Assembly: GCA_963695855.1 (NCBI GenBank)
Contig: CAVOHZ010000008.1
Coordinates: 256,001 to 320,000, forward strand
DNA from: an uncultured Nitrososphaerales archaeon
GTDB taxonomy: Archaea > Thermoproteota > Nitrososphaeria > Nitrososphaerales > Nitrososphaeraceae
DNA: 64,000 bases
Reading direction: 5' to 3'
Under the pieces are notes generated by a model. The model did not search any database. It saw nothing but the letters and a program-made list of their open reading frames with translations, and was not told the origin of the DNA. The position numbers were made by a program, and so were the translations under genes. Position 1 is the stretch's first letter; each line of letters starts with the position of its first letter. Positions 33,780 to 43,942 of this stretch are shown piece by piece.

Positions 33780-34270
33780 CCTATCCCAAAATTATTCTCC
33801 TGTAGATAATAATGCTACTTGCTAATTTTACAAGACCCAGATAGTTCTCATCCTTCTTTTCATATCTTGTAAATAACTTCCTCAATCTGTTATGCCATGA
33901 ATTTGTTCTCTCTCTACAACCCATCTTCTTGCTGGATGTTTTCTACGAGATATTTGTTCTTCTCTTCTGTCTCTTATATGGGAAATATATCATCGCTTGA
34001 CAATTTCTTGTTCTATTTCTTTGGAATGATATGCTTTGTCAAGGCACAGGTTCTGTTTGTGTTTATGCTTTGGTTTGGATAATGATGGTCTTTTGATAAC
34101 CATGCTGTCAACTGTATTAATTGCAACAGTGACATCATAGTGAGTTTTTGCAGATGATATACTAGCAGATAGTGGAATACCACCATCTTTATCTGTAAGA
34201 ATCTGCCTTTTGGTTCCTAATTTACTCCTATCTGTAGGATTATGACCAGTCATCGCCCCCCTAAAGGAGA
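33780..34270 (-). pseudogene. IS5-family orfB remnant fused to the integrase 3' end
   Basis: MTGHNPTDRSKLGTKR...LCLDKAY; homologous to 15055-15471. Confidence 0.85.
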
Positions 34271-35544
34271 TGATTGAATTTGTTATTCATTTCTTCTCTT
34301 ATTTGTAGAATTTCTTGAGAATGTTTTTCTTCTAATACTATTAACTTTATATCTTCTTGACCTTTAATTTCATCAAATGCTTGCGGCGTTAAAGGATAGC
34401 TACATTTGGAACAGTATTTGTTCTCTATAGCATTAACTAAATCACACCGTGGACAGTTTATGGTTGATGACCTCTTTGTTATTTCACTTGCAGAAATTAT
34501 TCCATTATGTGTTAGAATTTTCTCTTTAAGATCGTTTCCCATTCTTCTCTTTATGTATCTTGTACCCTGCCTTGAATTCATTGACCATCTTACTTTTTTC
34601 TTCAGTGCATATTCTGGCAAATAATCGCTATCAGCTGTTATAGCACTGTGTCTAATACAGTAGGGGTTCCATTTCTTTGTTTTTAACAGATATTCCAGTT
34701 TTTCGTTTTCTGCTGTATCATTAACTTCTCCATTCTTCAACAAACGAATTATTCTTTCACGTAACTGTTTCATCATTTTGTCAATATTGTCTGGAGTTAT
34801 AGGTGAACCATTGATAAGATTACAAATCAGTCTTGCATCTAGTTCATTTCTAAATGGGTGTTCATTTAACCAATCACGAACATAAGGAAACGATATAGTA
34901 AGCAAGATAGGACCTGTTCCTGTTTTAGCTTCATAGGGTATTTCACCTTCACCATAATTTTCTTTTAATCTTACATGTTTTATCTTCAAAAGTGTAATTT
35001 CATGTGGTCTTGCATCTAGGTCCCAAAGTAACGCAAGAATTGCTTTATTTCTTTTGTATGATTCATACTTGATTATGGTTAATAGATCTTCTTTTTCCCA
35101 CAACTCATTTTCAAGATAAGGGCTAATCCTTTTACTTCCTTTCCTCTTTATTCTTACAAATTCAGGTGTTCGCCAATCGGAAAATGGAACATCATCCAGA
35201 GTTTTATCCTTACAGTTGTACATCCATCTGAAAAAATATTTGATCCTGCCAAGATAGTCGTTCCATGTTGTAATCCAGCGTTTGTCTTGATCTGTCTCTA
35301 TACTTTTTATTTGTGTGTCCAAAAAGGGAAATATTTGACTTTTCTCTCTGATTTGATAAAAGGAAACAGGTGATTCAAGGAATTTACTATATGCTATGAT
35401 TGCTTTCAAATTGTTATTCTGATATCTTTCTGATGTGCCAATTCTTTTCATAAAATCATAGAACTGCAATATTAATTGCTTATTTTCTACATTGTGAACA
35501 TCCCTTTCAATATTGCTTACTGTTGTAGAGAGTTTAACTGTCAT
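34261..35544 (-). CDS. Tyrosine recombinase/integrase with C-terminal double zinc ribbon; extreme C-terminus replaced by an IS remnant
   Basis: Catalytic pattern R (DARPHE), K, YCIRH, W (VRWS), Y (TRYI); CPRC...CSKC; likely start MTVKLS at 35544 behind AAGGAGG. Confidence 0.9.
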   Translation of the reverse strand: MTVKLSTTVSNIERDVHNVENKQLILQFYDFMKRIGTSERYQNNNLKAIIAYSKFLESPVSFYQIREKSQIFPFLDTQIKSIETDQDKRWITTWNDYLGRIKYFFRWMYNCKDKTLDDVPFSDWRTPEFVRIKRKGSKRISPYLENELWEKEDLLTIIKYESYKRNKAILALLWDLDARPHEITLLKIKHVRLKENYGEGEIPYEAKTGTGPILLTISFPYVRDWLNEHPFRNELDARLICNLINGSPITPDNIDKMMKQLRERIIRLLKNGEVNDTAENEKLEYLLKTKKWNPYCIRHSAITADSDYLPEYALKKKVRWSMNSRQGTRYIKRRMGNDLKEKILTHNGIISASEITKRSSTINCPRCDLVNAIENKYCSKCSYPLTPQAFDEIKGQEDIKLIVLEEKHSQEILQIREEMNNKFNHLL

Positions 35545-35610
35545 TTCTTGAACCTCCTTTTTTGTATGTCTACTATACTGTCGATACTTGTATATGAACC
35601 CGAATACATA

Positions 35611-35656
35611 ACGGGCCCGTCGGGAGTAATACCGATAGCGGTGCAAAAATAAGAGT
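35611..35656 (+). repeat. Consensus att-like core plus arm A directly upstream of the integrase
   Basis: ACGGGCCCGTCGGGAGTAATACCGATAGCGGTGCAAAAATAAGAGT. Confidence 0.92.
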
Positions 35657-36375
35657 ATATGAATTATGACCTAGTCTCAATTAATTAGTCTATTTTTTAC
35701 AAAGAAAATAATTATATTATTATATATAGATAGAAACTCAAGACTCTTACTCCAGAGTAGGCGTATTACTATATAGAACCTAAAATATGGATAATTGTAG
35801 ACACTAATAAACTTATTTTATTTAAATACAGAATAAAAAATAAAATTTGTGTACTTGTAAAATAATTAATTAATAAAAAGTAAATTTTAAATATTAAAAA
35901 CATGATTTGATTTTTTCCCTCAGTTCTGCTCCCAACGTTCTGATCTGCTCTGTTTTCTGTGCTTCCACAAAATTAGAAATTGATTGTAGTCATATGCCCA
36001 CTTACGCAAAATGAAGCTATAATTAATGCATTCAATGTTATTTTATTCCCTATCATTTTTTCCACTATTTTCATGCTACTTTATTGAATGCTAAATTTAG
36101 TTATTAAAAATTGATAACTTTTTAACTAATAAGTAGTCACTAAATTTCTAGTATAAATTTAACTATTAAGAACAAAATCTCTTTACTATCAAAACAAATA
36201 TTGTTTATATGGATTTGATGAAGACGAGACTATTCACAATTCATTATAAGATTTTACTATAAAATTTCTTTATATCTTTTTATAGGTAACAATAGTAATT
36301 AAATATTTTATATACCTTCTACCATGCGATAACCTACAAAATATTAAAAATGATATGTACTAAATTTGACGTACG

Positions 36376-37611
36376 TTGAAGATTATCATTAATTATCGTA
36401 TAATTAATTTACTGACAGTTATAGCTTTGTTTTCAATATTGCTATTTAGTAATAACTCACTTCTAAAAACAAATGTGTACAATGAAGAAGACAATTTAAT
36501 CAACTCAATTTTTGCTCAGAATAGAAATGCCTTTGCAGTTGGGATGGATGTTGAAGATGACGAAGAGAAATCGTTTGAGTACATATTTGATCACTTTGAT
36601 TATATAGAAGATGCTGATTCTGAAAAACAATTAGATACGAATACTAACAATAATGGAGAAGATGATATCCAGTCAATAGCAGAAAATGAAGAAACTAGAC
36701 TTTCCCATGATAATAAAGAAGATGAGGATAGATCTACATTTACATCAAAATCAACGGAGAAAGAAGAATCTGACCATAAATCAGATTTCAATTTCGTAGC
36801 TGTAGGAGATTGGGACTGTAACTCTGAAACTGAAGATACTGTGGAAAACATTTTTGACCATGACCCAGAAGTGGTGCTGGCACTAGGAGATCTTTCATAT
36901 AATGGTAGAGCAGAATGTTGGCTGGATATAATTGAACCAATATCAGACAAAACTGAAATTGCAATAGGTAATCACGAAACTGATTCATCAAAAATTTTGA
37001 GGGATTATATACATTATTTTGGATTGGAAAAACAGTACTATTCTTTTAATTATAAAACTGTTCACTTTATAGCATTATCTACAGAAATTCCATATGAAGA
37101 AGGATCACAGCAATATGAATTTGTAGTTCAGGATCTTGAAAAGTATTCTAAAGATCGATCAATTGACTGGATTGTTGCATTTTATCATAGACAAGTATAC
37201 AGTTCTGGAGGTGGCCCTGAGGACGATGATGATTTTAGGGAGACTTATCATCCATTGTTTGATAAATATAGAGTAGATCTAGCTCTGCAAGGCCATTTTC
37301 ATGCCTATGAGAGATCATATCCAATTAGTTTTAATCATGATTATGGCAATGAACCTATAGTTGAGGATTATGATCCCTCATATTACATAAATCCAAAAGG
37401 AACAATTTTTATAACTGCGGGCACAGGAGGAGCACATGGTATGAAGATCTCAGAAACTAAACCCTTTTCTGCTTTTGGATTAGACGGGGAATTTGGAATA
37501 CTAAATATCTCTGTAGAGAATAACGGAATTACATTATCAGGTTCATTTATAGAGAATAATGACGAGGAGGGTGTATATGACCAGTTTCAGATTATTAAAG
37601 ATAATAAATAA
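36376..37611 (+). CDS. Secreted calcineurin-like metallophosphoesterase with acidic linker
   Basis: VGDWD, LGDLSY, IGNHE, GHFHAYER; N-terminal hydrophobic segment. Confidence 0.9.
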   Translation: MKIIINYRIINLLTVIALFSILLFSNNSLLKTNVYNEEDNLINSIFAQNRNAFAVGMDVEDDEEKSFEYIFDHFDYIEDADSEKQLDTNTNNNGEDDIQSIAENEETRLSHDNKEDEDRSTFTSKSTEKEESDHKSDFNFVAVGDWDCNSETEDTVENIFDHDPEVVLALGDLSYNGRAECWLDIIEPISDKTEIAIGNHETDSSKILRDYIHYFGLEKQYYSFNYKTVHFIALSTEIPYEEGSQQYEFVVQDLEKYSKDRSIDWIVAFYHRQVYSSGGGPEDDDDFRETYHPLFDKYRVDLALQGHFHAYERSYPISFNHDYGNEPIVEDYDPSYYINPKGTIFITAGTGGAHGMKISETKPFSAFGLDGEFGILNISVENNGITLSGSFIENNDEEGVYDQFQIIKDNK

Positions 37612-37904
37612 AAAAGAATTAAAAAAGAATTATAGTTACTTTTTCTACATCAATATTGAGCAGAAAATTTAAATTACAATGAATAAGCCGTCAACCGTAT
37701 GAAATATAGAATAAATTATTATGTTACTCTAGGTATCAAATTTATGGTATCGATATCTTGTTCTGCAGGAAACATTAGAAAACTATATACAGAAATCGCA
37801 TCAAGAAATTTTCCTTCATTCCATGGATTAGAAAGATACGGGGCAGATATTTGAATATCTCGCTCGGCTAAATCTCTTAATTGAACCAAACTCATCTTAC
37901 AAAA

Positions 37905-38110
37905 TTATATTTGTCCAATTATTGACAGTAGATTTTTTTCAGATTTGTCGAGTTGATATGTTTCCATTTTATTGAGGTATTCTTCATATCCTTTTAATTC
38001 TTGAAGCTTTTTTGATTGTTCAATTCCTATTACTGGTAATTCTTTATCAACCAATAATCCTATCTGGGCTAATAAAGAAGCTTGATCCCAATAGACGTAT
38101 TCATGCAATA
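37905..38110 (-). pseudogene. 3' fragment of a SnoaL-like/ester-cyclase gene
   Basis: HEYVYWDQASLLAQIGLL C-terminal motif; 5' part missing next to the att-like site at 38131. Confidence 0.65.
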
Positions 38111-38130
38111 AAGCGAAAATTTTCCAGGTT

Positions 38131-38230
38131 ATAGTGAACTCTAGAAAAGTACTGACCCGTCGGGAGTGGAATCTTCCATGTAGTAGGGTTCTACTACTAA
38201 TGTTAGCTTTTATTATTAGAAAATTGTTTT
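38131..38230 (+). repeat. att-like site: left arm, core and arm B
   Basis: GTGAACTCTAGAAAAGTACTGACCCGTCGGGAGTGGAATCTTCCATGTAGTAGGGTTCTACTAC. Confidence 0.88.
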
Positions 38231-38300
38231 GATTGAATTAGTAATTATTTTAGCAATTTAAACAATTAAAGTATATATATTTCGGAATGACAAAAATCTC

Positions 38301-39593
38301 GTGTTTTTTATTAATTTTTTAATATTGTTCATATCTTTATTTACCATAAGTTTTTTTTATTCTTTCAATTGTCTTCTCAATATAATACATTTCTATTCTT
38401 TCTCTGTATTGGATTTTATAGTAAACAATTCAAAGTTATTGTTATCAACTAATACAGATGACCATGATTTGTTACAAAATGTAAATGCAGAAAATAATAT
38501 TGAAGATAGAAATTATAGTAGTACCAATCAAATTATTTCAATAAATAAAAATATCACTGATAATAGTAATGTTGTTATTCTTGGTGCCTGGACCCCTATA
38601 AATAATAGTCTTATTCTTCAAAATTTGAAAGGAGAAGAGCAAAAAAATGCAATATACACTCTTCTTAACCAAGGCTTTTATGAATACTACTTTGCCATGA
38701 ATAACTTTGATCATGAATATGCAAAATTAACAGAAGAATTACTAAAATCTGCAGAGAATACTAATCTAAAAATAATAGTAATTCTCCGTCCGCCTTCAGA
38801 AGGTGATTCTAATACAAATTATGACTGGAAAGGATGGATAAAATATTTTAATTCTCTTGAAAAGAAATATCCAAAATCATTTGAAGGATTTACTATAGAC
38901 GATTTTAATTGGAAAAGTACTAGAGAGGAAACAAAATTCAAATTAAATATTGATTTTATGGAATACTCTAAGCTTATTAAAGCCCTTAAAGATAAAGACA
39001 AAGATGTTAAATTTTATCCAACAATATATTTTCAAGGTAAGCGAACTGACAAAGTAGCCAATAAATATGATGATTTTACAGATGGATTAATTGTAGCCAG
39101 TGGATGCTATTACAATGTTTCTACCTTAAAAAAAGAATTTACCATATTTAAAGAAATTTTTGAAAAGCCTATTAGATATGTTGTCTATCCTATTATAACA
39201 TATAATTATTCTAGACAAGGATATAATCCTCCGACAGACCGCCTTATACAGGCTACTTTATCCATAGCATCCAATTCTGCTGATGGACTAATTATTTGGC
39301 GCGATATAGATAAGCCAGTAATACAAGAGTATTTGGATAATCAAGATGATAAAAAATATCTAGCAAAAATATCAAAGATTGAAGAATTGCAGATTAATGA
39401 TGAAAAAATAACTACAGCTAATTCTAAAAAAAAGTTATTGAATACACCAAATGCTGAGCAATATCTTAATTGTCAAGAATGGTCTAACAGATTTAATAAG
39501 GCATATGATAAATGGAAAGATTTATCTCAACAAGAAAAAGAAGAGGACAAATGGAAAAAAGAGATATTACAAATAATAAGGAAAGATAAATAA
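38301..39593 (+). CDS. Membrane-anchored hypothetical protein, possibly a glycoside-hydrolase-like TIM barrel
   Basis: 430-aa ORF; N-terminal hydrophobic segment; GFTIDDFN and ADGLIIW motifs. Confidence 0.6.
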   Translation: MFFINFLILFISLFTISFFYSFNCLLNIIHFYSFSVLDFIVNNSKLLLSTNTDDHDLLQNVNAENNIEDRNYSSTNQIISINKNITDNSNVVILGAWTPINNSLILQNLKGEEQKNAIYTLLNQGFYEYYFAMNNFDHEYAKLTEELLKSAENTNLKIIVILRPPSEGDSNTNYDWKGWIKYFNSLEKKYPKSFEGFTIDDFNWKSTREETKFKLNIDFMEYSKLIKALKDKDKDVKFYPTIYFQGKRTDKVANKYDDFTDGLIVASGCYYNVSTLKKEFTIFKEIFEKPIRYVVYPIITYNYSRQGYNPPTDRLIQATLSIASNSADGLIIWRDIDKPVIQEYLDNQDDKKYLAKISKIEELQINDEKITTANSKKKLLNTPNAEQYLNCQEWSNRFNKAYDKWKDLSQQEKEEDKWKKEILQIIRKDK

Positions 39594-39646
39594 ATATAAT
39601 ACAGAAAACTAAAATTATCTAGATAGGAAGAATTTATAGTAGTTCT

Positions 39647-39785
39647 ATTAGTCTCTAAAGCAGATTCCGCATAAATAATATTTGTCGCACATAGTGGACC
39701 TGAGAAAAGTACGGGCCCGTCGAGAGTGGATCCTTCCATGTAGTAGGGTTCACCCAACTTGTATATAGCTTTTATCATTAGGAAC
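39647..39785 (+). repeat. att-like site: long left arm, core and arm B
   Basis: ATTAGTCTCTAAAGCAGAT...GAGAAAAGTACGGGCCCGTCGAGAGTGGATCCTTCCATGTAGTAGGGTTC. Confidence 0.88.
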
Positions 39786-39924
39786 TTAAGTAAAATAATT
39801 GTACAATAACAGACTAATCTTCATTTGGTTCGATAGAATCATCTATAAATTTCAATACAATTGTTTTTCTTTTCTATCAAATATGAAATACTGTTTTATA
39901 CAACATGTGAAATAAAGCATTTTA

Positions 39925-40110
39925 TTGGAACAGAGAAGAATAGGAATAATTTTTATGGTGTTAGGCGCTGTCATGTTGGCAATTCCGTTAATTATAACTA
40001 TAACAGAGAATTCCATTCGAATATTTGTTCCAATGATTGGTTTACTATTTTTATTGTTTGGTTTTCCAATAATATTAAGTAGTAAGAAAGGCAAGAATAT
40101 AGAAAATTAG
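39925..40110 (+). CDS. Small two-TM membrane protein
   Basis: 61 aa; two hydrophobic helices and a basic tail. Confidence 0.6.
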   Translation: MEQRRIGIIFMVLGAVMLAIPLIITITENSIRIFVPMIGLLFLLFGFPIILSSKKGKNIEN

Positions 40111-40152
40111 ATAAATACAAACAAAATCTTCTACCATGATGAATATACAGAA

Positions 40153-40220
40153 TAATATCGATAGCGGTGCGAAAATAAGAGTCTAATGTATGGTACTAAA
40201 GAAGATAATATTTAGGATTT
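40153..40220 (+). repeat. att-like arm A copy
   Basis: TAATATCGATAGCGGTGCGAAAATAAGAGTCTAATGTATGGTA. Confidence 0.85.
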
Positions 40221-40435
40221 ATTTAATCGGTATTTATTATGTTAACATCTTAATTTTATTTTATTTTGTTATTTTTCATATCTAAAAATGCAGAATTGGA
40301 TAATCTCAATTCTATTAGATTTTCCTCCAATTTTAAAAAAAGATTAGACTGTATGAATTTTTCTTACTAACTAATCATAGTAACAATTAGAAAACTTGTT
40401 ATAGGTTGTTATATCATTGTAGATGTTATATTCTT

Positions 40436-40828
40436 CTAATTCTTATATTCTAATTCGAATTTGAGAGTGCTGTCCTCATCTTTTGGTAATTCTTTAGTCT
40501 GACAGTATTTTGAATTATCATCTGATTCGTCTAAACATACTTCAACTTCATCACCTGGTTGGCCTGATATCGTTTCTTTTATTTTTTCTGTGTCATCTTT
40601 TAAGTCTACCGTTGTTTCTACCTTATCATCTTCTGTTTTGATAGAGAGATCTGCTGTAGTATCAACATTTTCTTCATTCTTGATGGATATATCAAGCTTA
40701 TAATCTTCTGCAAAAGATTTTTGAGAGATCAGGGAAGGAGAAACAAATAAAGTTGCTATCATTGATAAAGATATAATAAATGTCACGTTAATTCGTAGAC
40801 AATTTTTTTCCTTTATTATATTATCCAT
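40436..40828 (-). CDS. Secreted acidic beta-rich hypothetical protein
   Basis: Signal peptide ending SFA; paired Cys. Confidence 0.7.
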   Translation of the reverse strand: MDNIIKEKNCLRINVTFIISLSMIATLFVSPSLISQKSFAEDYKLDISIKNEENVDTTADLSIKTEDDKVETTVDLKDDTEKIKETISGQPGDEVEVCLDESDDNSKYCQTKELPKDEDSTLKFELEYKN

Positions 40829-40957
40829 ATTAGTTATTTATTATTATTATATAAAAATCTTTAAAGATATATATCTATAAAAAAAATCAGAATTAAATAT
40901 GGTATAATATTCTATTTAATTTATAATATTCTAAAATTTAGTTTATTGTGAAATGAG

Positions 40958-41682
40958 GGTCCTGTAAAGTTAAAATTATTTTACGCCCAATATTGAAAGG
41001 AATTCCTATCTAATCTTTGTATTATACAGATAAATGAATAACTTGATTCAATTATATACATGTAATATATTGCATTCTTCTCCTTCTGTTTTTCCAGATT
41101 GTTTACATGGATAATAATCATCAAAACATTCTGTCCTATCCTTGAGATACTGCATCACTCTTTCTATCAGACCTTTCTCTAAAGGTGAATGTAGATGATG
41201 TTTTAATCCAATTATATTGCATACTTCTGGATATCATGTTCCACGATCAGTATAAACTGGACGTCTTCCGTATTTCTCAACTAATGATCTAATAAATTTC
41301 TCAGCAACAAGCATATTTCTCTCTTGTAAAATATAGATTCCAAGTACAAATTTGTCAATTGGTTCAATAGAAATCCATAACCAAAAAGTAATGATTTCCT
41401 ATCTGAACAATAGTTTCCTCTATGATGAACGCTTATATTCTTTTTTTCTTGTAAATCTGCAATGAACCAAATCATTGAATCCAGTTTCATACAACAACAT
41501 AACTCCTTTTTTAATCGTTAAAAGGTTACAGTTCTTTTGACGTATTTCGTAGACTGAGATCAAATACAAATACAAAGAGTACATTACAGTGAATGCAGAT
41601 GTTCTATTTCTTTAAAATCTTAACAACATATTTTGTAGTAGAACATTCACAGATATAGTTCCTTCGTTAACTTAACAGAACC
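40958..41682 (-). pseudogene. IS6-family element, inactivated
   Basis: Both inverted repeats present; multiple frameshifts and stops; 3' two-thirds near-identical to 52745-53300. Confidence 0.85.
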
Positions 41683-41759
41683 ATCATTTACGTTCAACTA
41701 AATAGTCCAGATCAATAAAAACAGGATCACTGTAAATAAAATTAATGATAATGAGTGGC

Positions 41760-41860
41760 CCTAAATATTATTTCCTTATTACTATAACATTATACTGTTA
41801 TTTTTGCACCGCTATCGGTATTACTCCCGACTGGCCCGTACTTTTCTAGGGTTCACCTCA
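41760..41860 (-). repeat. att-like site (minus orientation): left arm, core and arm A
   Basis: TTATTTTTGCACCGCTATCGGTATTACTCCCGACTGGCCCGTACTTTTCTAGGGTTCACC. Confidence 0.9.
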
Positions 41861-42118
41861 TTTAGATATATTTAGTTAAAGGTAATTAGACGATTCATTA
41901 AGAGATCCGTTGAAATTCTTAAGTTACCATTTGAATTAATGGCTTATAAAATAAGGTTTAAACATATGTCTGTTGCTTTGGCCCAATCAAATAATAGGGT
42001 ATTATACCCCAAATTCTTCAAACATGAAAAATGCTTTTGCTTCCGTCTGATGTATAGAAGATTTTGTATTCTTTAACCACGTAGTGTTCTTAAATCTTTA
42101 ATTGAATTTTCAGGATAT

Positions 42119-42410
42119 TTGAGGATGCAGAAACAGAATCTATGTCTTGACAGGGCATATCATTCCAGAGAAGTAGAACAAGAAATTGTCAAGAGAGGAT
42201 ACATTCCACATATACGACATAGAAGAGAAGAAAAGAAACTGAACAAGAAATATCCTGCAGGAAGACGGGTACTTGAGAGAACAAACTCATGGCATAACAG
42301 ATACAGGAAATTGTTTACAAGATATGAAAAGAAGGTAGAAAACTATCTTGGTCTTGTGCAATTAGCAAATTGCATAATTGTTTATAGGATGATAATTTGG
42401 GTAGATTCTA
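42119..42410 (+). pseudogene. IS5-family orfB 3' fragment
   Basis: LCLDRAY...VLERTNSWHNRYRKLFTRYEKK; near-identical to 57834-58121. Confidence 0.85.
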
Positions 42411-42767
42411 ATTATAGTCAAAAACTTTCCCCTTGTTTATTATGATTTTTAATGTGGCATTGGTCAGAACAAAAATAATCATCACATATGTTACAATATA
42501 TTGGATAGTCTTGAATCTTCTTATAGCAGCTCGCACACGTGGTAGCCATATCCAAATTTTATTATCATACGATGTATTGTATTTCTTACTTACAAAGTTT
42601 TCTTTTTAGATTCAATATTATAGTTAAATAAATCTAGTCAATCGAAACTGGAAAAATGATTTATCTAAAATTGGTATATAGTTTTATTACAGAAGTAAAA
42701 TTTTACTTTAAATGAAAGGAAACGACTGACTAAAATACTGGAAGAGATCATCTACAAGATAATTGAT

Positions 42768-43418
42768 ATGAAAATTGGAATTATTGGAGCAGGTGATGTT
42801 GGCAGCACTCTAGGAAATAGGTGGATAAGAAAAGGAAATCAGATTTTCTTTGGAGTTAGAAACATCAATAGTTCTAAAGTTCAAAATATGTTAAAATCTC
42901 TAGGCTCCGATATTAAAGTTGGAACCATTAGCGAAGCAGCTTCGTTTGGAGATGTAGTAGTACTGTGCGTACCTTGGGAGGCAGCAAAAGAAACTATCGA
43001 AAATGCTGGAGATTTATCTGAAAAGATCTTGGTGGATCTTACTAATCCAATTAGTAAAGATCTAAAAAGTTTAGTAGTCGAACCTTCAACATCAGCTGCT
43101 GAAGAGATTGCAAGATGGTGTAAAGGTTCTAAGGTGGTGAAAGCATTTAATGCCATAGGTGCGAAGACTATGAATGACCTCCAATTTGATTCTTATAGAG
43201 CAGATACTTTTATTTGCGGAGACGATTTTAAAGCAAAATCCGTAGTAACGAAATTAGCAAAAGAAGTAGGTTTTGATGTTGTAGATGTTGGTCCTCTTAT
43301 TAATGCAAGACTGCTGGAACAATTGGCGTTATTGTGGATTGAATTGGTCATTAGACAGAAAATGGGACCAAACATTGCTTTTAAACTCTTGAAAAGAAGA
43401 CCTCGTTTGGAGATGTAG
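42768..43418 (+). CDS. F420-dependent NADP oxidoreductase family protein
   Basis: IGIIGAGDVG Rossmann motif, LVDLTNP, SAAEEIA, VVKAFN, CGDD, DVGPL. Confidence 0.9.
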   Translation: MKIGIIGAGDVGSTLGNRWIRKGNQIFFGVRNINSSKVQNMLKSLGSDIKVGTISEAASFGDVVVLCVPWEAAKETIENAGDLSEKILVDLTNPISKDLKSLVVEPSTSAAEEIARWCKGSKVVKAFNAIGAKTMNDLQFDSYRADTFICGDDFKAKSVVTKLAKEVGFDVVDVGPLINARLLEQLALLWIELVIRQKMGPNIAFKLLKRRPRLEM

Positions 43419-43861
43419 TAGTACTGTGCGTACCTTGGGAGGCAGCAAAAGAAACTATCGAAAATGCTGGAGATTTATCTGAAAAGATCTTGGTGGATCT
43501 TACTAATCCAATTAGTAAAGATCTAAAAAGTTTAGTAGTCGAACCTTCAACATCAGCTGCTGAAGAGATTGCAAGATGGTGTAAAGGTTCTAAGGTGGTG
43601 AAAGCATTTAATGCCATAGGTGCGAAGACTATGAATGACCTCCAATTTGATTCTTATAGAGCAGATACTTTTATTTGCGGAGACGATTTTAAAGCAAAAT
43701 CCGTAGTAACGAAATTAGCAAAAGAAGTAGGTTTTGATGTTGTAGATGTTGGTCCTCTTATTAATGCAAGACTGCTGGAACAATTGGCGTTATTGTGGAT
43801 TGAATTGGTCATTAGACAGAAAATGGGACCAAACATTGCTTTTAAACTCTTGAAAAGAAGA
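42942..43861 (+). repeat. Apparently exact 459-bp tandem duplication (42942-43400 and 43403-43861)
   Basis: Seen directly; the units are separated by CC. Confidence 0.92.
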
Positions 43862-43942
43862 GGTGGAATGTAATATTAATTGCATATTTTCTTGTTTTGG
43901 TCATTAATTTCAATATTATTAATCTTTGTAGATAGTTAACAG

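Noticed and set aside
35545-35646. N-terminal extension MHRYRYYSRRARY... of the integrase ORF
   Set aside because: It is a translation of the att-like site; an ATG with AAGGAGG lies at 35544. An SSV-style att inside the coding sequence is not supported.
39527-39778. 83-aa minus-strand ORF (likewise 45722-45919 and 12578-12766)
   Set aside because: These read through att-like repeats and have no protein-like signal.
41281-41490. Duplicated 69-aa protein (also 52768-52977)
   Set aside because: Out-of-frame translation of two near-identical dead IS6 transposases.
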